64,000 bases of DNA from Eutreptiella sp. 'Long Island Sound 2002' (GCA_964036045.1 OZ038378.1:193564001-193628000); one strand, 5' to 3'; positions 37,613 through 49,517 are shown, counted from the first letter of the stretch. Notes: generated by a model from the sequence alone, not told the origin. Numbers and translations: made by a program.

Positions 37613-39746
37613 TATGTCGGTTGCGGCAGTCTGAAAACAGAAAATGCACAACTTAAGCACTACCAGTGACGTGCTGGAAACATTGGGTTCTGCAGGGGTG
37701 GTGTGCAGGGCAGGGCCAGTGCAGTAGCTGTCCCAGGAGTCCAGTGTGCCTGCTGTGGGTGCAGGGGCAACGGAGTCATCCAAAAATGAGTCTGCACACT
37801 TGGCCTGACCTGATGGCACTCAACCAAAGATGGCTGTACAATTTCCCTTGCCACTGCAAAAAACCAGATGCCCCCGCCCCCCCCCCCCCCAAATGAAGCA
37901 TATCTGCACTGTCTCTTCCCATCCCTGCCCATCCTACAGAATACTGCTCTTCGATGCTTCTGGATTTGATGAGCTCTGCAACAAGGGTGTTTCTAGCCAG
38001 TGACCAGCCACTTTCTCATCTAACTTATCGCCAATTCATTTCTAGTGAGCCATTCCTTGCCTAGCAGGAATTGTACTTGGTGGAAAGATGCTACCAAATG
38101 GTGGTGTTGTTGAACCCAAGCTCCATTTCGGTGCGCCAAAGGATCGCAACATCACCATCTAGGCGCGCCCAAGGATCGCAAAATCGCCCTGTTTGGCCCC
38201 GGATAAGAAGCCCAACGACAGGCCACTGAGGAGGGGTATGGAGATTTCTGGTAGGACATGTTCCATGTTGCTCTCCTGGCACCTCCCTATTGTGATCTTC
38301 ATTTTGATCTGTGCTATACCATGTGTGAGACCCTTTCACATCTCTGACCCTGCAAATTCAGGCCACACCCCATTCCTTGACAAGACGTATGTCACGTGGT
38401 CCATGAAGACCCTGCCAGTGTAAACCACTTGGTTTCAAGCTGGATGGGGGCTTCAAGGGGCATCAAAAGACCTATGGCCCAAATCGTTTGCGCCTGCTTC
38501 AAACCACATGCTTGAAACAAAAAATCACTGTGAGTAGCAGCTGACAATACGATCTCGAATTTTCATGTGGATTTGGTACATTTTCTTTGATGCTTTTATT
38601 GCCCAATGCATTTCTGTAATTATGCAGGTAGATTGCCAACCCCTACTAGTAGGGTTGGCATAGGGTGTTCAAGGTAAGGTAGTGAAGTATGATGAAATCG
38701 GACCGTAGTGGTGCAACATATTGATTTTTTTGTGTCCTTCGCAGTGTTTTAGAAGGCGATTGATCTTACTCTTGGAGCAAATTTCTTTTCTATCCTTTGA
38801 CAAAGCTGCCACAGTGCTGCAACATTGCTGCAACTCTTGGAGCAAATTCGTCACCGTTTGGTATGACCATCCAACACATGAGATGCATGAGCATATTTTG
38901 GCTTCTTGGTGTCTTGAGACCACATCGCACCATACTGTAATAAGAATGGCACCACATGAAAAAGTTTCAATGTGGTATCAATTGACGCATAAATATACAC
39001 TATATACTTCTGGCGCAATCATCATTCAAACTGCATCAGTTTGTGGGTTCTTCGTGGATACGTTATGTACAATCAGGATATGACACCTGGCCTCTATCCG
39101 TCATAACAAGTCACATATCTACAATCAGCCTAGGGGGGGGAGGTTTTCTCGGAACTCGGATATCCTGCTTAAAACCCCCCCGAGCCAAATTTAAAAAAGG
39201 GGGGGTGGGGGGGGGGGTTTAAGGGGGTTTTTCGCTGCGTGGGGGTATTGTCCACGGGAAGGGCACCCCGGCCCCCCAAACCCCCCCCCCCCCCAAATGA
39301 AATACATAGTGTCGGGCACCTCCGAACAGTTGGGTATGCGGCCGAGGTGTGATCCGACAATTCGCACCGCCCCCACCAACGTCTATGGTAGGGTTTCATC
39401 GGCTTGGGTATTTCCGGCCGTGGGTACCACAAACCTCAAGACTGTGGGTCTCCGAGGCAGTCATGGGGTTCGAAATACACCATGGGGTTAGAATTGCGGC
39501 ATGGGGTGAGAAATGCATCAAGGGGAGGCATAAAAGAAGGGGCGTGTGTGCGACTATACTGGTCGGCCGACGCAACTCGGGAGGCCCTTAAGGCTATGGC
39601 GGGCCAAGCCTCCCTCCCCGCGCCATTGTGTGGGCCTTCTAGTCCTAGTGTGCATGCTACTACAAGGGAAGGAGAGGGAGAGCGAGGAGGTGTAGGGGGT
39701 GGGGGAGGTATCTGTTTGTGACGTGTGTGTGTGCATGTAGCTCCAC

Positions 39747-41690
39747 CTACTTCTTCCGCCCTGACGTCTTCACCGTGCGTCGCTTCTTAGCACTTTGCTT
39801 GGCAGTGGTGATGGGCCGCTTTGTGCCCTTGCCGCACAGCTTTCTTTTTGAGGAGAACTTCCACCCCAGAAGAAGAGGTAGAAGAGGAAGAAGATGAGGA
39901 AGAAGAGGAGCTATTACCGTCTTCGGAAGATGCGGAACTTTCGTTACCGCTGGACGAATCATGATCTACGGAAGACCCAAATTCCGCAGAGCTTGCATCC
40001 TCCTCCAGTTTCCACTCCCAATCGGAGCAGCCAAGAGAGGCTTCAGAGAGGGATGCACCCTCATTGTCAACCGCCTGTGCCACTTTCAAAATGATCTTGG
40101 GCTTCATCACCATGGGGATTTTTTTGGCTCGCCCCCCTTTTTTTTCTCATCATCCTGGCTAACTACAACCCATTCCGTCAAATCAATGGTGTTTGGTGCC
40201 ACGGTGGGATGGCAACGTGCCAAATGAGTTTTGATGTTCAAAACCCAAGGGGTGGCACCGTACCTGGGAATAGGACATTCACGGGGCATGTTTTCTTGAT
40301 TGCGCATGGCCACTGTGTGCTTCAATGGGACCACACACAGGCATGTGCTACTGATTTTCTTGCGCACAATACTTGTGGTACACGTGCCTGTAGTGCGACC
40401 ACAGAAACCGCAAGGTTCGGCCTCAACACGCATCCTTGGGTCCGTTACCACCTCTCCCTTCTGCAAGTATACTGCCACATGATTGCGCATCCTTGCCAAA
40501 GCAATGGCCGCTCCACAAAACAAACAAATTTCTGTTGCTTCCGCGGGCCGCACGCTGGTATGTGCTACACCAGCCGATGGCTCTGCACACAACTAAGGAC
40601 AATTTGGCACCTTTGCGGTTTTCACACAGGCAAATAGGGTGCCCACTGGCATCCATTTGGGCATCCCAAAAAACCACATGCCCATTCCGAAACTCACATT
40701 CTGGACCAAACCGTCCCGTCCACCGCAACAAAGTTGGATCGCTGTTCATTGCGACAAAAGGCAAAAATTGACCTGTTACGGGGATGGCATGTCCTGTCGC
40801 AAGCGCCTCCTTAGTGGTACCATAAACCCGTGCACCGTCAACGGTGGACCATGAAGAACTAAACGTGCCCACGGACCACGTCCGTTGCGAGCCCCATATG
40901 AAGGTCACAAGTGCAAGAAAGATAGCACCGACCGTGACTGCGTCCTCATCAAAATTGCAATTGTCAGACAATGCAACATTGCTTACATTCGTGGGGGTTT
41001 GACCAAACTGGGCGGTTTGTGCCGTGCACTGCAGCCGATCGGTTGACGCATCTTCAACATTGCCGTTGAAATACTCATTGACAAATTGTGTAATATGCAC
41101 GGTGTGCCCATTGGCGCATGGGACATAGGCTCAATTTCGGGCGGAACCATGACAATGCAGCCGTGATTCCAGGGAACAAGCATCGGTAAGATCGCTATCC
41201 TCCATTCCTTTGGTGTCCAGGGCGGTCCCCAAAAATTCGTGTTCTTTGTCCAACACAAGGGGTGCACCACATGGTTTCAGAAGGGTGGCACCGCTTTGGA
41301 AAAGAGATTCCAAGACATTGTGCATAGATGAGCCAATCTGTGGGTGTTGCTCAAGAATGGTCGTGGCACGCGTTGTACCCCTTTCCCAAACCTTTTTGAG
41401 ACCAACACTTTGCACACTACAATTTGCACTGTACTGAAGTGGAGTCGATCGATTAGTGGCGTAGAGCTCATGCCACTTGCGCCAGTCAGGATGTGCCAGA
41501 AAAATGTCTTGGATGTCCAAAATAGCCTACAAGCGGTCCCGCAACTGCAGCACATCAAAATAGCGGTTGTGGTTCAGGGTGCGGGTGATGGAAAACAAGT
41601 TCTCGGCTGGTTGAGACCCCAATTGGCATATGTACAAGGATGCCGTTGGGTCGCGGACCTGCATAACCTTTACAGTGATGAAGAGAGTCT
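39747..41690 (-). pseudogene. Transposase pseudogene (C-terminal half plus putative zinc finger and acidic/basic tail)
   Basis: One frame runs through an in-frame TAG (41527-41529) and TGA (41131-41133) into ORF 40423-41100. Frameshifts then lead to ORFs 40107-40592 (HVAVYL...EPCGFCG...CP...H) and 39787-40113. Confidence 0.7.
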
Positions 41691-41699
41691 AAAAAGTGA

Positions 41700-41960
41700 C
41701 TTGCCACCGCAAATACAAAATCAGAAGTGGCTCCCTCACACCTGCCTTCTCGGGGGCCCACAAGTGGGCGGAAATGCTACGTCACCCCTGCATTCTCGGG
41801 GATCCCCAAAACAAAGGGGGACAAAATCAGAAGTGGGCACCACACGCCTGCCTTCTGGGGAGCCCAAAAACGGGCACAAATGCTACGTCACCCTTGCTTT
41901 CTGGGGGGGTCCCTAGCTAAGGGGACAAAATCAAAAGTGGCTGAATTGGGGGCAAGGGCA
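41700..41960. repeat. Dispersed repeat family (tgctacgtcacccctgcattctcgggg...caaaggggacaaaatc), 2-3 units; another unit at ~47275-47345
   Basis: Direct repeats visible at ~41775, ~41880 and ~47278. Confidence 0.8.
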
Positions 41961-42150
41961 AAACTTTGGATGTGCAGTCCAAAAGAATACCACCAAAAAA
42001 AATTTCGCAGAAATGGTGTGTTTGCGTTGAAGAACACCCTTACAACCCCCCCATAGACCATTTTTAAAAAAGGGGGGGGGTTTCCAAAACCCCCCACACT
42101 ATCGGATTTCTCAGAAACCGCCCCCCCTATCAGCCTCGAAATATATACTT

Positions 42151-42610
42151 CTGGGGGGGGGGGGATTGCAGTACCCCAAGCGTGAAAAAATTTGCGTACA
42201 ATTGCGGTAAAATTGTGGTACATTTTCTCTGGTCCCCAGACTCTATGCGAGCCATGAGCAACAGTGGAGCAAAAGACTTTTTGCAAAAAGGTCGAGCAGC
42301 AGGCGTCATCTGTGTGGCATAACGTGTCTTTTGGCCACCCTGTCCTTTGCCACGCTTCACTGGCCTTTTGCCCTTGCCAGAATCATTGTCCCTACAAGTA
42401 AGTAGACAACATTTTGGGAACACGAAAACAGAAAAGCATCCTGCCACACAAATGACATGCAGGACAGATGAGAGCACATACACGTACAGTGTGCCTAGTG
42501 ACAGCAAAGAGAGAGAAAGATTTTTCCCCAGGGGAAAATTGAAAATTTTGATCAGAGGCATCACTGAAAAATTGCGGTAAATTGCGGACCTCAATCCCCC
42601 CCCCCCCCCG
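42151..42610. mobile_element. ~460-bp MITE-like element
   Basis: Ends are C(T)GGGG..GATTG and CAATCC..CCCG. TATACTT is duplicated at 42144-42150 and 42611-42617. Confidence 0.6.
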
Positions 42611-43449
42611 TATACTTGCTTATATTTGACCTTTCTCTCCTCTCATTCGTGAGCAGTAGTCAAGCAAACAAGTGCTGTTCGAACTACTTTAAATCATAGC
42701 ATTGGATCCTTCTCATGTATAATCACTTTCCACATGATTGTACTGTGGTTTTATCATATTTTTATTATTTCAAAAGGTTCCAATGACAAGGCAGGAGGGG
42801 TGTATTTTAGTGTTGGATTATACTGCCCACCTTTTGGAACTGGGGCATGGCAAGTACTGTTCCACAAATCCTTCACAAAGAGAGAATCTCACATCAATCC
42901 AGTGACACAGATGTGCAAAATGTCAAAGTGTAAAATGTAGTGTTGCATGCACAGGGCAGCATGTTGTGTCAATTGGAGGCCAGCGCACAAGCGGGGTCAG
43001 ACTAAACAAAAGCATCCAAAACCTGTGTTGCACAAATGAAAGATGCCCCAATTCTCCAATGAGGCTTGAAAATAGTATCGAGGGTTGAGAGAGCTGGGTC
43101 AGAACTGAAGCAGGTCAATAAGGTCAGAAGATGGTCGGCTGGTTCAAAGAATATTCCAAGAACCCTACCTCTGGGTGGGGCGAGTCCTCTGCCTTGTGAG
43201 CGTCAGATTTGAAGGTGGACCGGCACATGAGAGTGCACCCACTTTGTCCTAACGGGACTCAATATTCATGGGCAGTCTTGGGGAGCACAGTTCCTTATTT
43301 CGAGAAGGTGCAGGCTTCTCAAATTGCCCAGACAGCCTATGGGCTCATGCGGTGTAAGTGGGTGCTACACTTTGCATGGGGATGATGGTGGTGCGGGCCA
43401 ACAGGAATCTGTCAATATCACCATACTTGCACAGACCGCTCACTCTGTA

Positions 43450-44113
43450 GGTCCCCGGGGGTGTTTGTACGGTGAGCGCCTGGCGCGCTTCTTTTGTATC
43501 AACTATCCCACCTGTTACCCCGGATTTACCCTTGCCTTAAGGAGCCCCCCAAGTCGACCAAAGTGGACAGCAAACCTTCCCTACAAAGCAGGCTGTGATG
43601 GTTGAGCTTCTGACAACACAAGGTACACACATCTGCCTCACCCTCTCTCTCCTTCATCTTGCGTGGCGGCCGGGTTGCTTTTATTAGTCCAAACATGAGG
43701 CGGGACATGGTCCCATGGTCCATAATGAGTGTGACGGACCTGCCTAGAATGCCACAAAACACGCACGGACTAGTGCAACTCATCAAGGCCGCCATGCCAG
43801 ATATTCCTAACCAAACCCCAACACCACAACTGTCCAAACAAATGCTCAATGTGTTCCCTATACCACCCATGCACATCATTGTACGACTGTTGCAGTGCCA
43901 TCAACACATGAGAACGGACATGCATTGACATTGAATTCAGCTATTTTGCCTATGCAGTGTGCTTTGTAGGGAAGGTTTGCAATCCACTTTGGTCTACTTG
44001 GGGGGCTTCTCTAGGGGAGGGTAAATCTGGGGTTAAAGGTGGGATAGTTAATACAAAAGTAGCATGGCGGGCATGCGCCGGCAAACCCCCACAAATGCGA
44101 TTCTCAGGGTACC
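43450..44113. mobile_element. Foldback/TIR element with ~140-bp imperfect inverted arms, TA-flanked
   Basis: 43450-43590 is the reverse complement of ~43960-44113 (shared cttttgtat.aactatcccacct...aaaccttccctacaaagca). A third arm and a related core lie at 46752-47150. Confidence 0.75.
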
Positions 44114-47100
44114 TAGCCCAACCACAACCCCCCACTTTTTGTCTTTCTTCCAATGAAAGTAAAAGCAGGGGCCGGTCCATATCCCCAACTGGAAAGGGGC
44201 CATGCAAAAAGCGTGGATTTGGGCTCCGTATCAAAAGTGGCTCAAAAATAGGCGCGGTGCGCTGACGCCCCCCCCCCCCCCCGATGAACTCAACCACAGG
44301 GACAACTATGCACTGCATGCATACTACTGGTGCAATGCGTGGGCACTGCGTGCCAGACATGCCACAGGCATCCGGCAGGGTATCCAAGTCTTGTTAGCCC
44401 CGCACTGTGTGCCACGCAGTAATACCAGCCCACACAGATTCACAGTTCAGTAGGAATCTGCTGTGTCTGGTGCAAGGCTCAGCACGGCCCAACCATGACG
44501 GATTGTGTTTAGGTTGGCGAACGCGAGTGCCAGGTGTGCTGTGTGCACATTTGTTACCGGAAACATGACCTCCAGGACAAAACTGCACCAAAACACTATT
44601 CGCCGTTGTCACCATTCTCACCGACGATATCCTCGGCTGCCCATGAGCCATGATACTGCAGGGCAGAGTGAGGCTTGTTCCTCGTACTTCAGCCAATGCC
44701 AAAACTTTGCACTGCATGGGCACTGCGTCCCAAGGCATCCCCCGTATACCAACCTAACCCCCCCCCCCCCCCGGGCCCAGGTAAGAGAACAGAATGGTCA
44801 GACGGGAACCTCGCGCTTGGACAAAGCCATGCTCAAGTGGGGAAACTAGGCACTTCACCACAGCTCCAGAGCTGATTGCGGGATTCTTGCTGTTCCCAAC
44901 CCATTCAGGCTTGTGCAGAAACTGGGTGCACCCCAACACACAATGTTGCTATGGAGCAGAAAGAGCTCATGGTGCGGCGCCCACCCCACCCCCCTTACAA
45001 TGGGCCCAGATCGGTGTCACCATACATTCTTGGTCACAAACATTGGCGGCGACACCATTTGTGCAAGGGCATGGGGGAGGGGAGTTCCATAAAGGTCTGT
45101 TGGTCACACTGTGGTGCAACCTGTGTCCAGTGCCGTGTTTGTTGTGTGACCCGCTTGGTCATTTGTGGCGGGGAGTTGGTGGTACTTCCGAGTGTATGCA
45201 CTGTTTTGAGTCTTCAGGAGGAAACGCTCTACCTTGCTTGTCCCAAGCCATGGGGTAAAAGTATTTGTGGGCGGTTAGAGCGAGACAGTTGTCCTTCTGC
45301 TCACAAGCGCCACTTATGTCCCTGGGCGTCCCTCCAATGCCGGCGCCCGGCAATGCTTCACATTCAGTCTTTCCTATGACCGTGGTCATGAGGGGGAGGA
45401 TCACCTTATGGGAGGGTTGCAGCTTAGTGGGTGGAAATGGAATGTACAGGGTGGGGGTGGGGGAATAGTTTCGTACGGGCATTTTTCCCCAGAAGAAGAT
45501 TCTGCACAGCGAATATTCTGCACCCATCCTCAAAAATCCTGGTTGCAATGGCAACACAAACTCCTGCACAGGGAACATTCCGCATGTACACTTGACAAAT
45601 GTTTGGACAATTCTGCACCAATCTGAAAAACGGAATTTTCCCTGCAAAAAAAAAAAGCCCCACCTGTGGAAGCCCCCTCCTAGACGTCCGACTGCTCACA
45701 ATTGCCGCTTTTTCCAAGTGCAGCCTGCACTGCAAACCTTTCTCCTTTGATGGTTGCATGGTGCCCTTCCCCAGCGCAATCGATCCCCATGCACTCTCTG
45801 AGAGCATACCGCACTGGCCTCAGGGCATGGCCTGTCGGCTGGTTGCTTTCCCTTGACCTGTGGGAGATCTGTGCTTCGCACACTCTCAGGGAGTGCAGAC
45901 CAGACCGTCACCTTTCGTCTGTGGCCCACAAAGTTACAAGCACATTTTCAGGTGCGGCATTCACGGCTAGCACACGGTGTGTCTGTGCAGGGAACTTCCG
46001 GAAGACTGACCTTGTGTTCACCAAAAAACCTCATGGTCCAGCATGGACCAAGAGTCTTGCAGTGCAAAAGATTCTGCTTTGAAATTTGGCTTCAGGGTTG
46101 TAACTGCCCCGCAGCCTGGCGGGCACCACAAGGACGCATCAGTACAGGGAGCCGTTGGGTTGGGTTGGGTCTCAGCTTGTGCAAAAGGTGGTGTCCCACG
46201 GCCTGTGTGACCTTACCTCACCTGCACGACTGGGTCCCTACCTTCGGGTGTCTGGTCTCACAGCCGCCCAGACTGCTGACGATCCCTGAACCTCACCGCA
46301 ACGGGGCGGTGGGGGCATGTTGTTGGATATGTTGGTGAAAATGGTGGAGGACTGCTGGTGGCTGCATTGTTGGCTCAGCACGTGCGCTGACTGCAGTGCT
46401 GGCTCTTAGTAGTAGGTACTACCTGCAGCTAAGCGCCTGACAGGCGGTGATAGGGAGGGTGTGCACATGCAGAAAGATTGATTACTAGCGTTTGGAAGCA
46501 GTTGCAGTAGCCGTGCTGGCGGTCCCCAAAACGGTTGAGGGCCATCGGAGGCGGGTAGAAGCGCTTGGGGGTACAACACGGGTATTTGGTAAAACTTAGT
46601 AGAAACGGTAAAACCTAGTTAAAAAATTTTTCAAAAAATTTTTGTTTACTAAGTTTTACCTCGCTTCTACTAAGTCCCCCCCCTTCACCGGCCGTTTGAA
46701 CCAAGGTAGTCAACACTTCGATGGTAGGTGGTACTTTTTTTAAGGGCACAAGGCCCCTGGGGAAATGTTTGCCCGGCGCGCGCCCGGCACGCTACTTTTC
46801 TATTAACTATCTCGACTTCAGCCCCAGATTTACCCTCTCATGGAGAAGCCCCCCGAGTAGACCACGTTGCATTGCACACCTTCCCTACAAAGCACGTGGC
46901 ACAATAAAGCAATATCTGAATTCAGCCACTCCAACTGTCATCTGTATTGTACTTAACAAACAACATTGGTCCCACAAATGTGGGTGTCAATACATTCAGT
47001 ACAATAGTGCTCTTTACACTCATCACAAACTGCGACGGTGGAGCGCTTCTGGCAACACAACACACACACTTCTGCCTCATCCTCTGCCTCATCTTGCTTG

Positions 47101-47689
47101 GCGGCCAAGTTGCTTTGGTCAGTCCAAACATGAGGCGGGACATGCTCCCATGGTCCGTAGGGGGGGGTGACGGTCCCTAACCCCAACTCAAGGGGGCCAC
47201 GCAACAAAGCGTGGATTCAGAGATTGTCCCGGTTTCCCCAATAGCACCGGAAGGTTGGGGCCCAAAAGAGGGCAGATTGCTACATCACCCCTGCATTCTC
47301 GGGGGTCCCCAACAAAGGGGACAATCTCAAGTCAAAACCTACGCTAGGGGTCACCATGATGCTCCTAGTATCTCAAAATATGGGTCTCTAGTACAACCAA
47401 ACGCCCAAATAGCTGCACTGCGGTTAGTGCGCCCCCTTAGTGCACCCCCTAGAAGGCCACCAGTGGGGCACGGGTCACAAAAGATGCCCGGCGCGCGAAC
47501 ATTCCCCCCCTGAGTCGATTCCTGGCCACTTGTGTTCATGGCGCCCCACGCAGGCCAAACCATCATGCACACCAATTAGTTGGCACTCGGCCAACATAAC
47601 AAAATATAATTGGGGGCGGGCACTAGAAACAAAATCAGGCTCAAGAAAAGAGTCCTGACAGGGCCATGGCCCACATCTGTGCCAACTAC

Positions 47690-48871
47690 TTACAAGTAGT
47701 TACAAAAGACACGCTTGAAAATCAAGTCGGCTTTGGTATCCGCATGCCTTGGTTTGGCTGCTACTGTGGGATTATGGGTGCACATACCAAACAAAGCTGT
47801 TTTCAATTCCCCTTGCAGCTTGAAGCAAGATTCTTGGTTATTTTGCAGTTGACCATCATCATTTTGGGGATATTGAGGAGGCACTACATACCACTTGCGA
47901 CGGATGCACACACTAGGATGGGTGTTAAGAGCAGAAGCAACAACAACAACAGGCACACTAGGACGGGTGTGAACAGCAGAAGCAGCAACAACAGCAGAAG
48001 CAATAGCAACAGCAGCAAGGTTGGCCGTCCACAATTGGCGCAACCCAACACAGATCTCCGATTGACACAAGATTGACGCATGCAAGGCACAATGAAGAAC
48101 CTTACATTTGTGGCAGGCAATGTGAGGTGTGCCATCACAAGAAAAACATGTGTCAACAAGGTCCCCAGATTTGGGTTCGGGGTACATCCGAGCCACCTCC
48201 CTATGTACTGCTGGGGTCCTTGGGGTGGAGGCCGACTTTGAACAATTGAAGTACAGAGTGGCTCTAGCCATTTCACGCGGCAACCACAACCGATCTTGTG
48301 GCACTTGCAATATGCCCTTGACAACGCACCGAGACAAGGCACAATGCAATGTCAAGAGACATGCCGGATGGCAACTAACACCATCAATCTGCGGGATGAA
48401 GGTGGAATGTGGGGGTGCAATTGCAAATGCAAGGGCACCGAAAGCATCCAAAATCTTTGACCATTTCTTCCGCTGCTGTGGTCCAACGCCTTCTCGCTCG
48501 GCAATCAAATCCACAACAGCCAACTCCTCCTGGTTTGCCCCAACAATCTGTGGCCGGTCACACATTGGGTCAAACTTAAGGCATAGGTATTCGCGTGTTG
48601 GGGCAATCAACAACAAGCGTAGCACCCAATGGGAATTGCTCAAATTATATACCTGCGCCACAATCAGGGGTGGTGCGAAAGACATATCTATGGACGACGC
48701 TTCCAAAGTGTGCTCTGCCCACGATCCAACCAACTGTTTTTGGCGTGGTGCACTGGCGCATGAGGCATTCCACAAAGAGTCATGGACAACCCACGCAACA
48801 CCCATTGTGTCCCAATCCGCACGAAGAAGGGTTGGGCAGCCCACCAGTAATACACCACAATCTGAGCACAA
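47690..48871 (-). CDS. Ulp1/SENP-like (peptidase C48) cysteine protease followed by a Cys/His-rich zinc-finger-like segment; 5' part probably frameshifted (upstream frame to ~49135)
   Basis: 393-codon open frame with VYNLSNSHWVL (His), KFDPM (Asp), PQIDGVSC (Gln/Cys), then CFSC..HIACHKCKVLHC. Motif order matches C48 proteases. Confidence 0.78.
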   Translation of the reverse strand: MCSDCGVLLVGCPTLLRADWDTMGVAWVVHDSLWNASCASAPRQKQLVGSWAEHTLEASSIDMSFAPPLIVAQVYNLSNSHWVLRLLLIAPTREYLCLKFDPMCDRPQIVGANQEELAVVDLIAEREGVGPQQRKKWSKILDAFGALAFAIAPPHSTFIPQIDGVSCHPACLLTLHCALSRCVVKGILQVPQDRLWLPREMARATLYFNCSKSASTPRTPAVHREVARMYPEPKSGDLVDTCFSCDGTPHIACHKCKVLHCALHASILCQSEICVGLRQLWTANLAAVAIASAVVAASAVHTRPSVPVVVVASALNTHPSVCIRRKWYVVPPQYPQNDDGQLQNNQESCFKLQGELKTALFGMCTHNPTVAAKPRHADTKADLIFKRVFCNYL

Positions 48872-49140
48872 TCTGTGATATAGCTCTCAGTGGTGGGGTC
48901 CCTGAAATGGCGCACCTCAAACTCAAATTGTTGCGGCGACAAACCTGGAACAATGACATGTAGTGGCGGCCTCCAATCGTTGCCAAGTAGTACCTCTACC
49001 TCTGACAAGGATGGGCAAAACAAGACTTGGCTATCAGCCCCCCGAGTCCACGGAAGCCCAACACATCGCCTAGCCTCCCCAAAGTCCGCAATCAGCCGCG
49101 TGAGTGTGCGGCTGAATGCGGACTCGTAGCGCAGCACAGT

Positions 49141-49517
49141 CCCTAACCCCAACTCGAGGGGCCATGCAACAAAGCGTGGATTGAGAGTCCCTAACCCCAA
49201 CTCAAGGGGCCATGCAACAAAGCGTGGATTGCGAGTCCCTAACCCCAACTCAAGGGGCCACGCAACCAAGCGTGGATTGAGAGTCCCTAACCCGAACTCA
49301 AGGGGCCATGCAACAAAACGTGGATTGAGAGTCCCTAACCCCAACTCAAGGGGCCACGCAACAAAGCGTGGATTGAGAGTCCCTAACCCAACTCAAGGGG
49401 CCATGCAACAAAATGTGGATTGACAGTCCCTAACCCCAACTCAAGGGGCCACGCAACAAAGCGTGGATTGAGAGTCCCTAACCCCAACTCAAGGGGCCAC
49501 GCAACAAAGCGTGGATT
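49141..49517 (+). repeat. Eight-copy 48-bp tandem repeat (ccctaaccccaactcaaggggccacgcaacaaagcgtggattgagagt); a lone monomer lies at 47175-47217
   Basis: Units start at 49141, 49189, 49237, 49285, 49333, 49381, 49428 and 49476. One CCCTAA per unit and no unique spacers. Confidence 0.96.

Larger units (their letters stand above)
1..38548 (-). repeat. Tandem segmental array, ~7.95 kb base unit (AMT gene plus ~3.9 kb spacer), at least 4 copies
   Basis: Identical ORF-track translations recur at offsets of 7948-7951 bp (10200-10208 or 8838 where insertions intervene). Differences are scattered SNPs and poly-C length changes. Identity ends abruptly after ctgacaata at ~38548. Confidence 0.97.
39132..42128 (-). 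mobile_element. Degenerate P-element-like DNA transposon with 8-bp TSD
   Basis: ATCAGCCT is duplicated at 39124-39131 and 42129-42136. Imperfect G-rich TIRs (AGGGGGGG.GGTTT.CT..GAA.TC.GAT). Interrupted minus ORF at ~41690-39747 with QLGSQPAENLFSITRT (P/THAP9-type catalytic Glu motif), STDRL, and a C/H-rich C-terminus. Confidence 0.75.

Noticed and set aside
38669-39083. ORFs of 84 and 120 aa next to the array edge
   Set aside because: No recognisable domain or convincing splice signals.
39455-39500. GGTTCGAAAT B-box-like motif as a tRNA
   Set aside because: I could not build a cloverleaf or find an A-box; it lies inside a transposon end.
39747-41690. In-frame TAG/TGA in the transposase and LINE frames as stop-codon reassignment
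   Set aside because: AMT exons have no internal stops and end in TGA. The elements also carry frameshifts, so ordinary decay explains the stops.
49141-49517. 48-bp array as a CRISPR array or a true telomere
   Set aside because: Units abut with no unique spacers, no cas genes are present, and each unit has only one CCCTAA rather than a (CCCTAA)n tract.
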